Shown one piece after another: positions 59,296-64,000 of a DNA stretch of 64,000 nucleotides. How positions within the stretch are numbered: the stretch's first letter is position 1; every line of letters starts with the position of its first letter. The notes under the pieces are model-generated. The model worked only from the letters and a program-made list of their open reading frames with translations, did not search any database and had not been told where the DNA came from. The DNA is from an uncultured Nitrospinaceae bacterium. Lineage in GTDB: Bacteria > UBA8248. The stretch lies in contig CAXFSR010000043.1 of assembly GCA_964005815.1 (NCBI GenBank), positions 128,001 to 192,000 of the forward strand. The letters run 5' to 3'. A program made the position numbers and the translations under genes.

Positions 59296-60099
59296 CTAAC
59301 CTTTAATTCCGAGGACTTCGTTCATTCCGTATAATCCTGGAGTTTGATCCACTACCCAATCTGCGGCTCTTACTGCCCCTGCAGCAAAATTATCTCGATT
59401 CCCAGCTTTGTGAGTTATTTCTATTCTTTCGCCAGAACCAAAGAAAAATGCGGTATGTTCTCCTGGCACATCACCTCCCCTTAAAGTTTGGATGCCAATT
59501 GATCCAGGCACCCGTTTCCCTACAATGCCTTCTCTATGAAAAACAATGTCTTTCGGATAAGTCTTCCCAATAGTATTAGATAAAATTTCTCCCATTCTCA
59601 CTGCTGTTCCAGAAGGAGAATCAACCTTCTGATCATGATGAATTTCCATTAATTCAATATCATAATTACTACCGAGAAGTAATGCTGCATCCTTGATAAG
59701 TCTAAAAAGAACATTCACCCCAACACTCATATTAGGAGCAAAAACACAAGGAACTTTTTTTGCAATTTGACCAATTTCTTCTCGTTGCAAATCATTCAGA
59801 CCTGTCGTTCCAATTACCAAAGCCAATCCTTTCTCAGAGGCAATTTTTGAGTGTTCTAACGTTGCTTCAGGTGTAGCAAATGAAATCAAGACATCCCCAT
59901 TCATACTCTCGGGATCTGTATTGAATAAAACTTTAAGTTCTCCAACTCCTGCAAAAACACCAACATCGGAGCCAAGACTAGAAAATCCAGGATGTTCTAA
60001 TCCACCCGAGAGAGTTAAATTTTCACTTTTAACAACTTGAGAAACAATACTCTGCCCCATCCTGCCACCTGCACCAGAAATCACAACTCTTTTAGACAC
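59296..60099 (-). CDS. dapB: 4-hydroxy-tetrahydrodipicolinate reductase
   Basis: GAGGRMG, GTTG, APNMSVGVN, EIHH..KVDSPSGTA. Confidence 0.96.
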   Translation of the reverse strand: MSKRVVISGAGGRMGQSIVSQVVKSENLTLSGGLEHPGFSSLGSDVGVFAGVGELKVLFNTDPESMNGDVLISFATPEATLEHSKIASEKGLALVIGTTGLNDLQREEIGQIAKKVPCVFAPNMSVGVNVLFRLIKDAALLLGSNYDIELMEIHHDQKVDSPSGTAVRMGEILSNTIGKTYPKDIVFHREGIVGKRVPGSIGIQTLRGGDVPGEHTAFFFGSGERIEITHKAGNRDNFAAGAVRAADWVVDQTPGLYGMNEVLGIKG

Positions 60100-60128
60100 A
60101 TCAAAATCCTCATGAATACAAGATTAAT

Positions 60129-60773
60129 TTAATTATTGTTCCAAATATTCTTAAACACTACGTCTTTCAAAGGGTTCCTTTTTGCAGGTTTAAACTTTTT
60201 TCCAATTGTATGGGCAACTGGAATAAAAGCAACTGGAATAAAGTCTTTAGGAATTTCTAAAAGTTCCTTTATTGGTTCTTCTAAATGTGGAGTAGTATAT
60301 ACAGAGCCTAGCTCACGCGAACGAAGAGCCAACTGAAAACTCCATATTGCTGGAATGATAGAACCGTACAAAGCGGAGGAAAGAGTGCTTTTCATATTGG
60401 CAGGCACTTTAACTTCTATACATGGCACAACTAATACAGGAACTCTTTCAAAATTCTCCGCAAGATAAATTGCCGAATCAAAAACACGTTCATTTTGCGT
60501 TTCTCCTTGATCTGACGCATTCATTTTTCCTGATTCTAAATAATGGCTGTTTCCCATCCTATAAATATCGGCTAATTTTTTTTTTACTTCTTGTTCAGTC
60601 ACAACTATCCATCTCCATCCTTGTTTGTTGGAACCAGTAGGAGCCTGAATAGCAAGTTCCAAGCAGTCATATATCACTTTCAAATCGACTTTTTTTTCAA
60701 AATCAAGTCGTTTCCTAACAGCTCTGGTCGTTGACAATAATTTATCAGTCTCAGCCAAATTAAATTCATTCAT
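60129..60773 (-). CDS. Nitroreductase family protein
   Basis: TTRAVRKRLD, APTGSN.Q.W, LALRSR.LG. Confidence 0.9.
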   Translation of the reverse strand: MNEFNLAETDKLLSTTRAVRKRLDFEKKVDLKVIYDCLELAIQAPTGSNKQGWRWIVVTEQEVKKKLADIYRMGNSHYLESGKMNASDQGETQNERVFDSAIYLAENFERVPVLVVPCIEVKVPANMKSTLSSALYGSIIPAIWSFQLALRSRELGSVYTTPHLEEPIKELLEIPKDFIPVAFIPVAHTIGKKFKPAKRNPLKDVVFKNIWNNN

Positions 60774-60799
60774 TTCAAAAACCTTTGTATTCAGGGCAT

Positions 60800-61627
60800 C
60801 TATGCAAACGCATCTGTCCTAATTTCACCTGTATATACCAATCGAGTATCACCTTCCATATAGACATCACTTGTATTTTCGGGATTTCCATTGAAGTGAA
60901 TCACCAGAGACTCTCCACTTCGAACCTTAACATTTACAGGTGATTCAACAAGATTTCGTGCAGCAGCCATAAGCGAAGATGCTACAGCACCAGTACCACA
61001 AGCTAGAGTCTCATCCTCAACTCCTCTTTCGTAAGTTCTTATTTCAAGGTTATTCTTATCAATAACTCTCACAAAATTAACATTAGTTCCATCTGGTTTG
61101 TATACAGTATGATTCCGAATCTCTCTTCCATCATTTAAAACATCTACAGAATCAAGATCTTTTGTATATAGAATCGCATGTGGAACACCAGTATTAATAC
61201 TATCTAATAATACTTCCTGATCTCCTAAAACAATCTTCGTTGTTTGTGTAAAACTATGCGGTTTTGTCATCCTTACCTTCACACGATTTCCATCAATTGA
61301 AGCATCTAAAACTCCCGCAATAGTCTCAAAAGATCCTTCTTCCGAAATCAAACCTATTTCTTTAGCAAAACGTATTGCACAGCGTCCCCCATTTCCACAC
61401 ATTTCACCCTCACTACCATCGGAATTAAAAAAACGCCACTTAAAGTCTGCTTTGTCACTAGTTTGAATAAACATAAGACCGTCTGCACCTACAGACAAGC
61501 CTCTTCTGCAAACTAATTTTACAAAATTAGACATTGATTCTTCTTTAAATTCATTTCTAAAGTTTTCGATAAAGATAAAATCATTTCCACTTCCACTTAA
61601 TTTCATAAACTTTATATTTTCTGTCAT
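60800..61627 (-). CDS. dapF: Diaminopimelate epimerase
   Basis: GSGNDF, EMCGNG.RC, ERGVE.ETLACGTG. Confidence 0.96.
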   Translation of the reverse strand: MTENIKFMKLSGSGNDFIFIENFRNEFKEESMSNFVKLVCRRGLSVGADGLMFIQTSDKADFKWRFFNSDGSEGEMCGNGGRCAIRFAKEIGLISEEGSFETIAGVLDASIDGNRVKVRMTKPHSFTQTTKIVLGDQEVLLDSINTGVPHAILYTKDLDSVDVLNDGREIRNHTVYKPDGTNVNFVRVIDKNNLEIRTYERGVEDETLACGTGAVASSLMAAARNLVESPVNVKVRSGESLVIHFNGNPENTSDVYMEGDTRLVYTGEIRTDAFA

Positions 61628-61631
61628 TTTC

Positions 61632-62906
61632 TTATTCCTTAGACATTAGAAATGCAGGTATCTTCTCGCCTTTTACCAAATCTTCGTATGACTCCCTAGT
61701 TCTAATTAAAAAAGACTCTTTTTCTTTTACCAACACTTCAGGTGGCCTAGGACGAGAATTATAATTTGAAGCCATAGTGAATCCATATGCGCCAGAACTC
61801 ATAACGGCAACTAAATCATTTCTTGATAATTCTGGCATTTCTCTGTCTTTTGCAAGATAGTCTCCACTCTCACATATTGGACCTACTAAATCAGACGTAA
61901 ATGTTGACGTTTTCAAAAGTTCTTCCTGCACTGGCAAAACTTCCTGAAATGCCTCGTATAAACTCGGACGAATTAAATCATTCATTCCAGCATCTACTAT
62001 TACAAAGCGCTTTTCTGGATTCTCTTTTCTATAGAGAACTTTAGTTACCAAAACACCAGCATTACCAGAAATAAATCTACCGGGTTCAAAAATAATTTTG
62101 CAATTCAAATCTTTTATTAAGGGCACTATAGCTTTAGCATAATCCTCTGGATGAGGAGGAACTTCATCTTTATAAGAAATACCCAAACCACCACCAAGAT
62201 TTAGAAAACGAATTTCATGACCATCACCTCGCAAAGAAGTGACAAGTTCTACTACCTTTTCAACTGCATCAGCAAAAGGAGACGTAGTTGTTATTTGACT
62301 TCCTATATGACAATGCACCCCGGAAAGTTCTAAAGAATTAAAATTTGCAGCCCTTGCATATTCATCTCTAGCTTTTGCTATATCTATTCCGAATTTGCTT
62401 TTTTTCAAACCTGTGGATATATAAGGATGAGTTTTCGGATCTACGTTTGGATTGACGCGTAAAGCCACTCGAGCAACTTTGTTATTCTTCTCAGCGACTT
62501 TATTGATATTAAACATCTCTTCTTCACTTTCCACATTAAACATTAATACATCTTTACTCAAAGCATACTCAATTTCTTCATCCGACTTGCCCACACCCGC
62601 AAACACAATTCTTTCCCCTGGGACACCTGCTTTAACTGCCCTGTATAGCTCTCCACCTGAAACTATATCCAATCCCCCTCCCATTTCGGAAAACAAGCGC
62701 AGGATTGCAATATTTGAATTGCTCTTCATAGCAAAACAAACCAAATGAGGAATCGAGGCAAAAGCGTTACTGAAACTACTGAATTGCCTTGTAAGTGCAG
62801 CATGACTGTAAATATATAAAGGGGTCCCATACTCTTCAGCAAGCCCATTAATGGAAATCTGCTCAGCACATAATTCCCCTCTAACATAACTAAAATCTTC
62901 ATTCAT
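61632..62906 (-). CDS. lysA: Diaminopimelate decarboxylase
   Basis: FAMKSN, HCHIGSQ, EPGR, GPICESGD, NYNSRP. Confidence 0.96.
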   Translation of the reverse strand: MNEDFSYVRGELCAEQISINGLAEEYGTPLYIYSHAALTRQFSSFSNAFASIPHLVCFAMKSNSNIAILRLFSEMGGGLDIVSGGELYRAVKAGVPGERIVFAGVGKSDEEIEYALSKDVLMFNVESEEEMFNINKVAEKNNKVARVALRVNPNVDPKTHPYISTGLKKSKFGIDIAKARDEYARAANFNSLELSGVHCHIGSQITTTSPFADAVEKVVELVTSLRGDGHEIRFLNLGGGLGISYKDEVPPHPEDYAKAIVPLIKDLNCKIIFEPGRFISGNAGVLVTKVLYRKENPEKRFVIVDAGMNDLIRPSLYEAFQEVLPVQEELLKTSTFTSDLVGPICESGDYLAKDREMPELSRNDLVAVMSSGAYGFTMASNYNSRPRPPEVLVKEKESFLIRTRESYEDLVKGEKIPAFLMSKE

Positions 62907-62913
62907 TGATTAC

Positions 62914-63048
62914 TTATCTCCTCGATGAAATATTCTTCAATTTATTTTCTAGTGGAGCTTTAGGAGGACCTTTCACTCCACAACTAATAAACGTCGCAAA
63001 AATAAAAATTATTAGAGAAATCGAAATCAAAAAAGAAATCTTACTCAA
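62914..63048 (-). CDS. Small lipoprotein, LptM/LppL (YifL)-like, 44 aa
   Basis: TTG overlapping the argH stop, GGAGG RBS, signal peptide then C-GVKGPP; position next to lysA; not in track. Confidence 0.75.
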   Translation of the reverse strand: MSKISFLISISLIIFIFATFISCGVKGPPKAPLENKLKNISSRR

Positions 63049-64000
63049 AGAATGCCTCCAAGTTTTTTCTTTTCTATTCTTATTTGCCTCTTCACACTTC
63101 CCAAAGAAGAACCTCCTTTGCTATTTCTATGTGCAATGGATCTCTCGACAGAGGCCTCTTTCAAATCCGAACTTCTCATGTGGGGCACAAAATCTTTCAA
63201 ATCTTCAAGCAATAATTCATCAAACGGAATTTCATTTTCTATGGCATACAAAACAATCTTACCGGCTGATTCATGAGCCTCTCTAAAAGGAATTCCTCTC
63301 CTAACCATTGCATCTGCAATATCAGTAGCAGTCATATAACTCTCATTTACTGCATTTGACATTCTTTCTTTGTTAAAGGTCAACGATTCTAGTAATAAAT
63401 ACATTACGGTCAAAGAAGAATGCAAAGTATCTGAAGCATCAAAGATTTGCTCTTTATCCTCTTGCATATCTCTATTATATGCGAGTGGCAGACCTTTCAT
63501 CATTGTTAACAAAGAAACAAGGTTTCCGTATGTTCTTGCACTTTTTCCTCTTACGAGTTCAGCAACGTCCGGATTCTTCTTTTGAGGCATCAAAGAACTG
63601 CCAGTAGCAAAAGCATCAGGCAAGTTAATAAAATTAAATTCTTCACTAGCCCAAATTACAATCTCTTCTCCTAAACGACTAAGATGCATCATTGCAATCG
63701 ATGCAGCTGAAGCGAAATCAATCACAAAATCACGATCACTCACTGCATCTATACTATTTAGAGAAACAGAATCAAAATTTAATTTTTTAGAAACTAACTC
63801 TCTATCTATAGGATGACTAGTTCCAGCTAATGCTCCAGAACCCAGAGGAAGGATATTTACTCTCTTCCTCACCTCACAAAATCTCTCATAATCCCTACTG
63901 AACATTTGTGTATATGCCATCAAATGATGAGACAGAAAAACAGGTTGCGCTCTTTGCAAATGCGTATATCCAGGAATCAAAACTTCAATATTTTTTTCAG
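63045..64000 (-). CDS. argH: Argininosuccinate lyase (5' end outside window)
   Basis: PGYTHLQRAQP, GSSLMPQKKNPD, YNRDMQEDK. Confidence 0.96.
   Translation of the reverse strand, partial: EKNIEVLIPGYTHLQRAQPVFLSHHLMAYTQMFSRDYERFCEVRKRVNILPLGSGALAGTSHPIDRELVSKKLNFDSVSLNSIDAVSDRDFVIDFASAASIAMMHLSRLGEEIVIWASEEFNFINLPDAFATGSSLMPQKKNPDVAELVRGKSARTYGNLVSLLTMMKGLPLAYNRDMQEDKEQIFDASDTLHSSLTVMYLLLESLTFNKERMSNAVNESYMTATDIADAMVRRGIPFREAHESAGKIVLYAIENEIPFDELLLEDLKDFVPHMRSSDLKEASVERSIAHRNSKGGSSLGSVKRQIRIEKKKLGGIL

Noticed and set aside
62906..63286. 126-aa plus-strand ORF
   Set aside because: Overlaps argH and the better-supported minus-strand lipoprotein ORF

Overview
AT-rich (roughly 35% GC by eye), gene-dense bacterial chromosomal window. 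I could not support any rRNA, tRNA, CRISPR array or mobile element. The host is probably a diderm (ExbB/ExbD/TonB-like genes, LptM-like lipoprotein); finer taxonomy cannot be set from the sequence alone. Housekeeping genes include argH, lysA, dapF, dapB, dapL, folK, panC, hisC, HU, rel, ddl, etfBA and mrp. They are interleaved with many catabolic oxidoreductases and hydrolases (SDRs, MDRs, Ldh_2, a split UxaA/SuyAB-like lyase, ACAD, LLM, OYE, cyclase, LVIVD, M24). Five loci stand out: (1) a split Rieske/cytochrome b complex with an octaheme cytochrome c and two unannotated small membrane ORFs; (2) a Cfa-type methyltransferase apparently split into two genes around a geranylgeranyl-reductase-like flavoprotein; (3) a TPR-TPR-ExbB-ExbD-TonB operon with no receptor gene and a 36-aa-repeat basic tail; (4) a SuyAB-like lyase flanked by two Ldh_2 paralogues; (5) a 7Fe-type ferredoxin fused to a membrane-anchored unknown domain. 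I also found five small ORFs missing from the supplied track. All family assignments come from motif recognition, not database searches.
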